Below are positions 7,963-17,527 of a stretch of DNA of 64,000 nt, one piece after another; position 1 is the first letter of the stretch, and every line of letters begins with the position of its first letter. The notes below the pieces were generated by a model. That model ran no database searches. It worked only from the letters and a program-made list of their open reading frames with translations, and was not told the origin of the DNA. The translations under genes and the position numbers were made by a program. The stretch spans positions 360 through 64,359 of the forward strand of contig JAMCWD010000070.1 in NCBI GenBank assembly GCA_023475345.1. The letters run 5' to 3'. Source of the stretch: Chloroflexota bacterium. GTDB lineage: Bacteria; Vulcanimicrobiota; JAMCWD01.

Positions 7963-9522
7963 ATGAAAAAACTTGAACAACTCGAAGAAGACCTCCACAA
8001 AGCATCTTTATATAACCGGAGCCTTATCGAGGCAAGCGTTGACCCCTTTGTTACCATAAGCCATGAAGGCAAAATCATGGATGTTAATAAGGCTACGGAA
8101 GAGGCAACAGGCATTTCCCGCGAGCAGTTGATAGGCACGGACTTTTGTGATTACTTCACCGAGCCTGATAAGGCAAGAGAAGGATATAAAAAAGTATTGT
8201 CTGAGGGCATAGTCAGGAACTATCCTCTTACTATCAGGCATATAAGCGGGAAAACCACCCCCGTCCTGTACAACGCCACGATTTACACAAACGAGGTGGG
8301 GGAAGTGGAAGGTGTATTTGCCGTGGCCCGTGATATATCCGCGCGGAAGAAGGCGGAAGAAGACCTTCGCAAAGCATCTTTATATAACCGGAGCCTTATC
8401 GAGGCAAGCGTTGACCCTCTTGTTACCATAAGCCGGGAAGGTAAAATCATGGATGTTAATAATGCTACGGAAGAAGTAACCGGCATTTCCCGCGAGCAGT
8501 TGGTCGGCACGGATTTTTGTGATTACTTCACCGAGCCTGATAAAGCAAGAGAAGGATACAAAACAGTATTGTCTGAGGGCATAGTCAGGGACTACCCTCT
8601 TACTGTCAGGCATATAAGCGGGAAGACCACCCCCGTCCTGTACAACGCCACGGTTTACAGGAACGAGGCGGGAGAAGTGGGGGGAGTGCTCGCCGCAGCC
8701 CGCGACATTGCGGATGTCAAAGAAATCAAACAAAAGCTGCATAAAGCTCACCTGGAACAGGAAAGGCTTACGTCGGAGCTTAATATCGCCAAGCAAATTC
8801 AGTTATCCGTCATTCCCCAGAAGTTTCCGAAAATACCCGGGGCGGAAATTTTTGCCAGGACTCTTCCCGCCCGGGTGGTAGGAGGAGATTTTTACGATTT
8901 CTTATTTGTTGATCCCGGCCTTCTTTGTTTTGCAATCGGAGATGCAAGCGGCAAGGGAGTGCCTGCGGCGTTGTTCATGTCTTTAAGCCAGGCTTTTTTG
9001 AAGGCTACTGCGATACGAGGCTATGAGCCCGGGGAATGCCTGACTTATGTCAACGAATTGCTTGACAGGGATATTCACCTGGATATGTATATCACGCTTT
9101 TTTACGGGATACTGGATCCTCAAACCGGGGAATTGAAATACAGTAATGCAGGCCACGATTCACCTTTTATAATAGATGAAAAAGGGCGCCCGGAACATCT
9201 CCCGATAACGGGGGAGATTCCCTTGGGCATTGACAAAAACGCTCGTTATACCACGTGCATGCGTCAGCTTGAGAATGGAATTTTTCTTTATTCCGACGGG
9301 GTAACGGATGCGATTGATAAAAACGGCAACCGGTTTACAGGGCAAAGACTCCTTAAGCTCCTTAAGAAGATGGAGCCTTTTTCCCCGGAAAGTGCCGTTA
9401 ATCATGTACTGTGTAAAGTAGAAGAATACACTTCCGGTGTTCACCAGGTCGATGATATCACGCTTTTAGCCGTCAAATACCTGGGCAACGGACCTGGCAT
9501 ACAGAAAACGAAAGACAATTGA
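7963..9522 (+). CDS. PAS-PAS-PP2C (SpoIIE/RsbU-type) serine phosphatase
   Basis: Two PAS modules are followed by a PP2C-like domain (GGDFYDF, GDASGKGVPAALFMS, SDGVTDA, DDITLLAV). Confidence 0.8.
   Translation: MKKLEQLEEDLHKASLYNRSLIEASVDPFVTISHEGKIMDVNKATEEATGISREQLIGTDFCDYFTEPDKAREGYKKVLSEGIVRNYPLTIRHISGKTTPVLYNATIYTNEVGEVEGVFAVARDISARKKAEEDLRKASLYNRSLIEASVDPLVTISREGKIMDVNNATEEVTGISREQLVGTDFCDYFTEPDKAREGYKTVLSEGIVRDYPLTVRHISGKTTPVLYNATVYRNEAGEVGGVLAAARDIADVKEIKQKLHKAHLEQERLTSELNIAKQIQLSVIPQKFPKIPGAEIFARTLPARVVGGDFYDFLFVDPGLLCFAIGDASGKGVPAALFMSLSQAFLKATAIRGYEPGECLTYVNELLDRDIHLDMYITLFYGILDPQTGELKYSNAGHDSPFIIDEKGRPEHLPITGEIPLGIDKNARYTTCMRQLENGIFLYSDGVTDAIDKNGNRFTGQRLLKLLKKMEPFSPESAVNHVLCKVEEYTSGVHQVDDITLLAVKYLGNGPGIQKTKDN
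7984..8727 (+). repeat. tandem duplication of a 372-bp unit (one PAS module) inside the phosphatase gene
   Basis: GAAGAAGACCT(C/T)C(A/G)CAAAGCATCTTTATATAACCGGAGCCTTATCGAGGCAAGCGTTGACCC recurs at 7984 and 8356. The encoded 124-aa units are nearly identical. Confidence 0.9.
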
Positions 9523-9598
9523 ACAGTCTCCTGCAGCCTGCAGGACACCGCAAACGAATTTTCTTTTTGTAAGGAAGCCGGGAGAATTATATTTTCTG

Positions 9599-9644
9599 TA
9601 CCCTAAAATTGACATATTACGCTTATTATTTAAATTTGAGGGTA
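9599..9644. promoter_or_regulatory. inverted repeat TACCCTAAAATT / AAATTTGAGGGTA bracketing a putative copB promoter (TTGACA at 9609-9614)
   Basis: The arms at 9599-9610 and 9632-9644 are complementary apart from one mismatch and one unpaired base. They enclose a -35 TTGACA and an AT-rich -10 region, 78 nt upstream of the ATPase start. Confidence 0.4.
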
Positions 9645-9722
9645 AATACTTAATCATAAGGAAGATGCTTTCTTGCAGGGGATGTCTGGTTCTTTGAAAT
9701 TATAAAACCGAAGAGGTGGAAA

Positions 9723-11885
9723 ATGCCGAAAGACCCGGTCTGCGGAATGGATGTTGATGAAAAAAACGCCGTCAAGCTGGAGAAGGACGGCGAGGTTTAT
9801 TATTTTTGCAGTGATGCCTGCAAGAATAAATTCATGGCGCGTGGGAAGATGAAAATGGGCGGCATGGAGCACGAAGCGGATCAGATGGACGGAGGCCATG
9901 CAGGGCACGGGCACCATGACCATCACGCAGGCATGGTAGCCGATTTCAGGAAACGCTTCTGGATCTCGCTTGCTCTTACCGTCCCGATCCTCGCTCTTTC
10001 CCCAATGATACAACAATTCCTCGGGCTGGGAGAATCGCTCAGGTTCGCTGGTGATTCATACCTGCTTTTCAGTTTTTCTTCGATAGTGTTTTTCTACGGC
10101 GGCTTCCCTTTTCTCAAGGGTTTCTTCGACGAGATGAAAAAGGAACAGCCCGGCATGATGACCCTCATAGCGGTAGCCGTTACGATAGCTTACGCGTATA
10201 GCTCCGCCGTGGTGTTCGGGCTTGCGGGCAAGATATTTTTCTGGGAACTGGCGACATTAATCGATATCATGCTCCTGGGCCACTGGATAGAAATGAAATC
10301 CGTGATGGGCGCATCGAAAGCCCTTGAAGAGCTGGCAAGACTCATGCCTTTCGAAGCACATAAAATAATGCCCGGCGGGAGCGTTAAAGACGTGCCGTTA
10401 GATGAACTGAACGTCGATGACAGGATTATTATAAAGCCCGGTGAGAAGATCCCCGCCGACGGCGAGGTGGTAGAAGGCGAAAGCTCTGTCAACGAATCCA
10501 TGCTTACCGGCGAATCCGGACCTGTGCCCAAAAAGCCGGGTGAGGGAGTAATCGGGGGAGCTATCAACGGGGAAGGCTCTTTGACCGTGGAGGTAAAGAG
10601 AACCGGAAAAGATTCATTTCTATCACAGGTCATCGACCTTGTCAGGCAGGCCCAGGAAAGTAAGTCGAAGACACAGGATCTTGCAAACCGGGCCGCGTTG
10701 TGGCTGACCGTCATAGCACTTGCGTGCGGGGCGATAACCCTTGTTGTATGGCTCTGGGTGATGGGGAAGGATTTTGCTTTCTCTCTCGAGAGGACCGTAA
10801 CGGTCATGGTAATTACATGCCCCCATGCCCTGGGCCTTGCCATCCCGCTGGTGGTGGCGGTTTCGACGGCGCTTGCCGCCGGGAGCGGCCTTATCATCAG
10901 GAACAGGGCGGCTTTTGAAAACGCAAGGAACATCCAGGCCATAATATTCGATAAGACGGGGACGCTGACGGAAGGCAAATTCGGTGTAACCGACACGATT
11001 GCTTTTTCAGACGATACATCCGAAAATGATCTCTTGAAATATGCCGCATCGGTAGAAGCTCGCTCCGAACACCCCATTGCAAAGGGGATTGTAGAATCAG
11101 TCAAAGACTCCTTTCCGGTTGAAGAATTCAGGGCCGTTACCGGGAAAGGCGCACAGGGCAAAGTGAACGGCATGGACGTTAAGGTGGTAAGCCCGGGTTA
11201 CCTGGGGGAAAACAACATCCCGGTAACGGATGAGAGGATCGAAAAACTTGCCTCACAGGGCAAAACCATCGTATTCGTGATGATCGATGAAAAATTAAAA
11301 GGGGCGATAGCCCTTGCCGATATCATCAGGCCGGAATCAAAAAAAGCCGTTTCAATGCTCAAGGAGATGGGCATAAAGTGTATGATGCTGACCGGGGATA
11401 ATAAAAAGGTCGCTCAATGGGTATCGGAACAGGTCGGCCTGGATGAATATTTCGCGGAAGTCCTGCCACAGGAGAAGGCGTCGAAGGTTAAAGAGGTACA
11501 GGAGAGGGGGCTGATAGTGGCCATGACGGGCGACGGCGTCAACGACGCCCCGGCCCTGGCACAGGCCGATGTGGGCGTAGCTGTCGGCGCGGGGACCGAT
11601 GTAGCGGTGGAGACCGCCGACATCATCCTTGTGCGGAGCAACCCGCTGGATGTTATATCGATCCTGGGACTGTCCCGCGCCACTTACAGGAAGATGGTTC
11701 AGAACCTGGCCTGGGCGACCGGCTATAACGCTTTCGCCATCCCGCTTGCGGCAGGCGTGCTGTTCAAGTGGGGGATACTTTTAAGCCCTGCAATGGGCGC
11801 CGTGCTGATGTCTTTAAGCACGGTCATCGTGGCGGTCAACGCTGGGCTTTTAAAAAATGAAATAATGCCGAGCAATTTTCTTTAA
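9723..11885 (+). CDS. copB: copper-translocating P1B-type ATPase, CopB-like (CPH motif), with an N-terminal YHS/TRASH domain and His-rich stretch
   Basis: Motifs present are PVCGM...FCSDACKNKF (YHS/TRASH), HAGHGHHDHHAG, TGES, CPH in VITCPHALGLAIP, DKTGTLT and GDGVNDAP. Confidence 0.9.
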   Translation: MPKDPVCGMDVDEKNAVKLEKDGEVYYFCSDACKNKFMARGKMKMGGMEHEADQMDGGHAGHGHHDHHAGMVADFRKRFWISLALTVPILALSPMIQQFLGLGESLRFAGDSYLLFSFSSIVFFYGGFPFLKGFFDEMKKEQPGMMTLIAVAVTIAYAYSSAVVFGLAGKIFFWELATLIDIMLLGHWIEMKSVMGASKALEELARLMPFEAHKIMPGGSVKDVPLDELNVDDRIIIKPGEKIPADGEVVEGESSVNESMLTGESGPVPKKPGEGVIGGAINGEGSLTVEVKRTGKDSFLSQVIDLVRQAQESKSKTQDLANRAALWLTVIALACGAITLVVWLWVMGKDFAFSLERTVTVMVITCPHALGLAIPLVVAVSTALAAGSGLIIRNRAAFENARNIQAIIFDKTGTLTEGKFGVTDTIAFSDDTSENDLLKYAASVEARSEHPIAKGIVESVKDSFPVEEFRAVTGKGAQGKVNGMDVKVVSPGYLGENNIPVTDERIEKLASQGKTIVFVMIDEKLKGAIALADIIRPESKKAVSMLKEMGIKCMMLTGDNKKVAQWVSEQVGLDEYFAEVLPQEKASKVKEVQERGLIVAMTGDGVNDAPALAQADVGVAVGAGTDVAVETADIILVRSNPLDVISILGLSRATYRKMVQNLAWATGYNAFAIPLAAGVLFKWGILLSPAMGAVLMSLSTVIVAVNAGLLKNEIMPSNFL

Positions 11886-12506
11886 TCCCCGATAATTCCT
11901 TTCGGCGGGCTTCCGGGCAATTCATAGACCCGGAATAGTCCTTTACAGCAGTTTTTAATTATCCGATTGGCTAGTTCTTTTGACATATTTTTAAATACTT
12001 TATTCCTAGTTCACCCGGATTATCCGTTATATCTTCAAAAATGCGAATTAAAACCGGAAGCGTATTTATCATTGAAATATAATAACTATTTCGGGCTGTA
12101 AATTTTCCGGCCCGGGAATCGGGTATTATTCAAGTCGAATATTTTCCGGTCTGTGAAACGGGACGGCCTGTTATGATGATTGTGCATTTAAAATGAAGCT
12201 TTTATAATATATATATAAACATTCCCTATTTTTCAGTTTTTCAAGGAGGATTTTAAAAGGGGTTTTTGTCAAAAAATTTAGAACCGAGAGTGCCAACTTC
12301 CTGTGAAGAGAGATTGAGAAACAGCCGGAGCGGTTGAAGATTCCGGAAGGCTTTTGGGGTGGGAAACCTGGAGTGTCAATCTTTACAGGGGGTTGGTTTT
12401 TTTAATATTACGGGATCGGAATGAGGGGAACAAGCAGTTGTGTCATCCCCGCGGCGGGGAACCATAAGGAAATCAGACATAACACCATTTAAGTGTGCTT
12501 ATCCAT

Positions 12507-13280
12507 TTAATCCCCGGCCAGCGATTCTTCGAATTCATCTATATTATTATACCTTTCCCCGGGATCGGGATGAAGCGCCCTGCGAAGCGTTCGTTTCAAG
12601 TTTGAATGGGTTTGTGAAATGGTTCTGTCCAGCATATCGATATTCTCATGTGACGGGACTTTCAATGTTAAGAGGTAAAACAATGTTGCGCCAAGGCTGT
12701 ACAGGTCGGTTTTCGGAGCAGGCCTTTCGCCTGCCAGGACTTCAGGCGCGGTAAAGCCCGGCACGCCGGGCGGCAGGTAATCGCACAGGTCGCGTTCGGT
12801 ACAGGCAAGCTCGAGGTCGATGAGGCGGAGGCGGTTCCGGCTTTCCCTTATCAGGTTCGAAGGCCTGAGATCTCTCAGGATGACCGGCGGGATCCTCCCA
12901 TGGAGGTATCTGAAAACCTTACAGAGCTCCGCGCCCCAGTGTATTACCGTTTCGGGCGGAAACGGCAGGAGCTGCTCGCTCCCGATGGATTCCAGGTCTC
13001 TGCCCTGGATATATTCTATTACCAGGACGAAGCCGTCCGGAAGCGAAAAATATTCTTTTACCGCAGGGAGGGCCGGATGACGCAAAGACCTGAGGAGTTG
13101 GGCGGCCGATTGAAACCTCGGAAGGAGCACGTTGCCGACGGTATCGTCCCACCGGTACAACTTGAAGATCCAGTCCTTTTGTGTCCCTTCGAGAGGCTCG
13201 GCCAGATAAAGGTCGGCCATTCCGCCTCTTGCGAAAAAGCTTTTTATCCTGTATCCCTTTATTGTCGTGCCGGCTCGCAT
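12507..13280 (-). CDS. compact Ser/Thr protein kinase-like protein
   Basis: It has a Gly-rich region ARGGMADLY, a catalytic-loop-like ILRDLRPSNL, DLE in place of DFG, and FTAPEV (APE). Confidence 0.55.
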   Translation of the reverse strand: MRAGTTIKGYRIKSFFARGGMADLYLAEPLEGTQKDWIFKLYRWDDTVGNVLLPRFQSAAQLLRSLRHPALPAVKEYFSLPDGFVLVIEYIQGRDLESIGSEQLLPFPPETVIHWGAELCKVFRYLHGRIPPVILRDLRPSNLIRESRNRLRLIDLELACTERDLCDYLPPGVPGFTAPEVLAGERPAPKTDLYSLGATLFYLLTLKVPSHENIDMLDRTISQTHSNLKRTLRRALHPDPGERYNNIDEFEESLAGD

Positions 13281-13507
13281 AATTATCCCGTTGTTAACTT
13301 CTACAACATAATGCCGATCCCCTCCGGCTTAATATGGTATGGCGGCATTCCGCATATAAAATTAAATAGATTTTGCCGCCCCTCTTTAAAAGAGGAAGAT
13401 TATTCTGATTTAAAGAATAATATGCGAGGGTTTAAAAAACAACATTTTCTTTCCATTTTTTCAGACTAACCGGGAACCATCCAAATTTTTCATGGCGGCT
13501 TATCATA

Positions 13508-15118
13508 TTGACTGAAGAAAAGTATAAAGGTTTATGGCCTGATCTGGCATTACTGTTTTTACTCGGACTTTTTTTGATTGGCCTGAACTATTACTGGCTG
13601 TCGCTTGATCCCCAGTTCCCCGAATGGGACCATACCAAGCATCTGGACCAGTCTATTGATTTTTTCCGCCTTTTTTTCCAGCAGTTGAATCCTGTGTCGG
13701 TACTGGGGCCTCTTGATGAAAATCCTCCCCTGCTTTTTTTTATTACTTCACTGTTCTATCTTGTTTCAGGGTTCTCCAGGGGGGCTGCGTATTTTTCCGT
13801 GATGATATATGTATGGCCGCTATTGTTCGGGTTGTACATGGCCGGCAGAACCACAGGGAGCCGGCTGACCGCATGGATATTCGCCCTGGTTGCTTTATCG
13901 TCCCCTATCGCCGTCGATTATTCGCACAAATATTACGAAGATTATCCGACCGCTGCCTTTATTGCATTAGGGATCTGGTCCCTGTTATGGGCCGGTGATT
14001 TTTCCGACCGTAAAAAATCCATCTGGTGCGGTGTCATCCTCGGCCTGGGCGCCCTTGTCAAATTCATCCATCCCATGGTGATGTTCCTCCCTGTAATATG
14101 GACAGCCTGGATTGTATATGATCCCATACGCAGGGAAGCTAAAAAGCGCGGGAAGCCGCTTTCCTCTTTCCCCGGGTTTACAAACCTTATTTTGGCCATG
14201 GGAATAGCCGCCGTGATTGCAGTACCCTGGTACCTGCTTAAATTCGGAACATACACTAAGATGTGGGCTTTTATGACTTACCCACGCCCTGAAACTTATA
14301 AGCCGTTGTACCAGATGTTATTCGCCTACATCAGGGATTTCAACAATATTTTTTTCATGGCCTGTCCCCTGCTCATTATCGGGACAATATTGCTCCTGGT
14401 GTTTCGCGGAAAAGCAAAGGCAGGGGTACTGGCTCTAATTGCCTTTGTTTCCGGCCTTGTTTTAATCTCATTATCCAGGGTGCCGCCCACAGCCAGATAC
14501 CTGGTTGACCTGATGCCGCCTGTTGTAATTCTTTCATTCTACTGGGTGGGATTGGTAAAAAAACGCTGGCAGATATTGATATTCCCCCTTGTGTTACTGT
14601 TATCGGCATGGCAATTGACAGGGTGGATAATCCTCAAAAACCGGGGGTTTCCTCCTGATGTTAAAACGATGATAAGAACTGTATCCATGCCCGGCTCCGG
14701 GCTCAGTTCGAAATACTTCTTAATTACCGGTGGAATTCTTAAAAAAATATCAGGGGATCTTTCACACAGGAATAACAGGCCGGTTTCGATCTTTATATCA
14801 AATCACAGCGAGATCCAGGCCATGGACCTCCAATGCCTGCGCCACCAGGGAATAGAAGAGGGTCTTTTCGGATTAAATGAAATGATTATTTATTATGAAA
14901 ACAAGGGGGATCCGGAGAAAGATCTGAGAAAGTCCGATTATATGGTACTTTCGGCGGGGGATGATGAGAAAGAAGTAAATAAGATTATAGAGGACCTTCA
15001 ATCACCGGGGGAATGCAAATTCATCCCGTTGGCCCCCCCTTGGAAAATAGATTGGGAATTTAAAATCCCAAAATCGGTTAATCTATATCGCGTTGAACAT
15101 CTCCGGGAAAGCAAATAA
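13508..15118 (+). CDS. GT-C fold glycosyltransferase (ArnT/PMT family 39-like) membrane protein
   Basis: The ORF is 536 aa with many transmembrane helices and a soluble C-terminal domain. The TTG start is inferred from the ORF track. Confidence 0.5.
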   Translation: MTEEKYKGLWPDLALLFLLGLFLIGLNYYWLSLDPQFPEWDHTKHLDQSIDFFRLFFQQLNPVSVLGPLDENPPLLFFITSLFYLVSGFSRGAAYFSVMIYVWPLLFGLYMAGRTTGSRLTAWIFALVALSSPIAVDYSHKYYEDYPTAAFIALGIWSLLWAGDFSDRKKSIWCGVILGLGALVKFIHPMVMFLPVIWTAWIVYDPIRREAKKRGKPLSSFPGFTNLILAMGIAAVIAVPWYLLKFGTYTKMWAFMTYPRPETYKPLYQMLFAYIRDFNNIFFMACPLLIIGTILLLVFRGKAKAGVLALIAFVSGLVLISLSRVPPTARYLVDLMPPVVILSFYWVGLVKKRWQILIFPLVLLLSAWQLTGWIILKNRGFPPDVKTMIRTVSMPGSGLSSKYFLITGGILKKISGDLSHRNNRPVSIFISNHSEIQAMDLQCLRHQGIEEGLFGLNEMIIYYENKGDPEKDLRKSDYMVLSAGDDEKEVNKIIEDLQSPGECKFIPLAPPWKIDWEFKIPKSVNLYRVEHLRESK

Positions 15119-15208
15119 GGAGATCTACATTGATAATTTCATGCCCGATAACAAGCAACGGAGATAATGACGCTTTAAAAGAGGAAGATTATTTAGATTT
15201 AAAGAATA

Positions 15209-15913
15209 ATGTCCGGAGTTTTTCAAAAACTTGGCTGGGAGGATCATATGTTTCCTCTATTTGATCTGGGTTCTGAGGCAATGAAGTTCGGGCTGGGGAT
15301 TTTCGGAAAAATGAATATAGGACTGACCGGCTTTTACCTTGCATGTCTGGTTGCGGGGCTGGTGTATGCTATATCACTTAACATTCTGGGGCATGATACC
15401 GATGCCGCTGCCGGCGGAGGCCACGATGCAGGGGCGGGCGCCGACGGGGATGTCAGCGGAGGCGGCCACGATGCAGGCGTCCATTTTGCGCCTTTCAGCC
15501 CGATAACCATGTCTTCATTTATTTCAAGCTTCGGCGCCATCGGCCTTATAACGCTCAAAGGGTTCAGCATGTCGCCAGGCATCAGCATACTGGTTTCGGT
15601 CGTAAGCTCTTCATTGATAGCCGTTATCGTTTACACCGTATTCTACAGGTTCTTCATAATGTCACAGGCAAGCTCGGTCGTGGACGGCGAAAGCCTGATC
15701 GGGATAACCGCGGAAATTATCACCCCGGTACCGGGCGGCGGCATCGGCGAAATAGCTTACAACACCAAAGGTTCACGCATGACCGCTATGGCAAAGTCCG
15801 TAAACGGAGAAGACATGAAAAAGGGAGAAGCCGTTATAATAGACAGGATCGTGGGGAGCACGTGTTATATAAAGCCGTTCAAGCAGGATGCCGGGGAAAA
15901 GCCTGTTTCTTAA
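15209..15913 (+). CDS. NfeD-like membrane protein (C-terminal OB-fold)
   Basis: It has transmembrane segments and a C-terminal NfeD-like beta domain (GITAEIITPV...GEAVIIDRIVGSTCYIKP). It lies directly upstream of the flotillin gene. The exact start is uncertain. Confidence 0.6.
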   Translation: MSGVFQKLGWEDHMFPLFDLGSEAMKFGLGIFGKMNIGLTGFYLACLVAGLVYAISLNILGHDTDAAAGGGHDAGAGADGDVSGGGHDAGVHFAPFSPITMSSFISSFGAIGLITLKGFSMSPGISILVSVVSSSLIAVIVYTVFYRFFIMSQASSVVDGESLIGITAEIITPVPGGGIGEIAYNTKGSRMTAMAKSVNGEDMKKGEAVIIDRIVGSTCYIKPFKQDAGEKPVS

Positions 15914-15954
15914 AAATACGGATTAAATAAATTAAGCATAAAGGGGGACTAAAA

Positions 15955-17448
15955 ATGTTTGCGGATGTCAACTGGTCGATAGTAGGTCTTGCCGTACTGG
16001 CGGTCGTGGTATTTCTCATTTTCCTTGCGGCGGCTTACAGCAGCAGGTATTTGAAGGCCGGGCCGAACGAGGCCATAGTGGTTTCGGGCCGGAGGCACAG
16101 GAGCCCGGGCGGGCAGATAAGAGGATACAAGATCGTATCGGGCGGCGGCGTTTTCGTATGGCCGTTCGTCGAGAAGGCCGACCGTTTCTCCCTGGAGACG
16201 ATGACCATCGATATACGGACGCCGGAAGTTTACACCACACAGGGCGTTCCGGTATCTATCGACGGCGTGGCGCAGCTCAAAGTGAAGAATGACGACGTGT
16301 CCATCGCCACGGCGGTGGAGCAGTTCCTTTCGAAAAGTGTCGGTGAGCTGATAGAAATAGCAAGACAGACACTCGAAGGCCATCTCCGCGCCATCATAGG
16401 CACCATCACGGTTGAGGAAGTCATAAGGAACCGGGATGTTTTCGCCCAGAAGGTACAGGAAGTCTCCGCAAGTGATCTTGCAAACATGGGACTTACCATC
16501 ATCTCCTTTACAATTAAAGATATCAAGGATCAGCACGGCTACCTGGAAGCGCTCGGCAAGCCCAATATCGCCCAGGTCAAGAGAAATGCGGTGATAGCAG
16601 AAGCCGAAGCCCAGAGAGATGCAAATATAAAGTCAGCCGAAGCCAAGAGAGAAGGCGAGCTTGCCAAGTACCTCGCCGAAACCAGGATCGCCGAAGCGCA
16701 GAAAAATTATAAGAAAGAAGTTGCAAATTATACCGCCGAAGTCAACCAGAAACAGGCTGAGGCCGACCTTGCCTATGACCTCCAGAGATACAAGACCGAG
16801 CAGTCGGTGAAAGCCGAAGAAATCGAAGTTCAAACTGTGGAGAAGACCAAGCAAATCGAGGTACAGGAAAAAGAGATCTTGAGGAAGCAAAAAGAGCTTG
16901 AAGCAACGATACAGAAGCCTGCCGATGCGGAGCGCTACAGGATCGAAGCCCTTGCAAACGCGGAGCAGTTCAAACTCAAGACCACGGCGGCGGGCCAGGC
17001 CGAGGCCACCAAGCTGACGGGCTTCGCCGATGCCGATTCGAACAAGGCCAAGGGTCTTGCAAATGCTGATATTATAAAGGCTCAGGGTCTATCCGAAGCC
17101 GAAGCCATGACCAAGAAGGCCGAGGCATGGAAGTTGTATAACGAAGCGGCCATCACGCAGATGTATATCGAGCGGCTGCCCGATATCATGAAAGCTGTCG
17201 CCGAGCCTCTTTCCCGCATCGACCGTTACGTGGTGGTAAGCTCAGGCGGGGACGGAGGCGGCGCCTCCAGGATAGTGAAGGATGTTACCGATATCGTAAG
17301 CCAGCTCCCGCCGGTGCTGGAAGCCCTGACCGGACTCGATCTCGAAGAGCTTATCAAGACCGTCCCCAAGATGAAGAAGACTGTTCAGGGGAGCGCTACA
17401 GATACGGTAACCGCCGTGCCCGGGACCTATAAAGAGCATAAATCCTGA
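15955..17448 (+). CDS. flotillin (SPFH/Band 7 family)
   Basis: It has an N-terminal membrane anchor, an SPFH domain, and a long Ala/Glu/Lys-rich coiled-coil flotillin region. Confidence 0.85.
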   Translation: MFADVNWSIVGLAVLAVVVFLIFLAAAYSSRYLKAGPNEAIVVSGRRHRSPGGQIRGYKIVSGGGVFVWPFVEKADRFSLETMTIDIRTPEVYTTQGVPVSIDGVAQLKVKNDDVSIATAVEQFLSKSVGELIEIARQTLEGHLRAIIGTITVEEVIRNRDVFAQKVQEVSASDLANMGLTIISFTIKDIKDQHGYLEALGKPNIAQVKRNAVIAEAEAQRDANIKSAEAKREGELAKYLAETRIAEAQKNYKKEVANYTAEVNQKQAEADLAYDLQRYKTEQSVKAEEIEVQTVEKTKQIEVQEKEILRKQKELEATIQKPADAERYRIEALANAEQFKLKTTAAGQAEATKLTGFADADSNKAKGLANADIIKAQGLSEAEAMTKKAEAWKLYNEAAITQMYIERLPDIMKAVAEPLSRIDRYVVVSSGGDGGGASRIVKDVTDIVSQLPPVLEALTGLDLEELIKTVPKMKKTVQGSATDTVTAVPGTYKEHKS

Positions 17449-17527
17449 TAAATTCATTTTAAGATTATTCGCCGTGTCCCGGTCTTGAGGCGATGGTTCC
17501 TCTGGCGGCCCGGAAGGAGGAGATATT

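Noticed and set aside
7770-8796. Minus-strand ORFs (7770-8138, 8008-8241, 8283-8510, 8380-8796) appear duplicated.
   Set aside because: They are antisense shadows of the duplicated PAS modules, and the duplication explains their pairing.
10190-11173. A 327-aa ORF lies antisense to copB. Similar long antisense ORFs are 45654-46976 (opposite pmbA/tldD), 25632-26237 (opposite emrA), 53646-54425 (opposite ygeW), 56482-57360 (opposite ssnA), 57948-58598 (opposite transketolase) and 63161-63751 (opposite jag).
   Set aside because: All of these shadow genes with strong family motifs. Their translations are low-complexity (Ser/Pro/Arg/Ala-rich) and carry no recognisable domains.
11886-12506. A 620-bp gap downstream of copB has a few weak hairpins, and I considered a possible sRNA or riboswitch.
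   Set aside because: I could support no promoter-terminator pair or recognisable RNA motif there. I left it unannotated.
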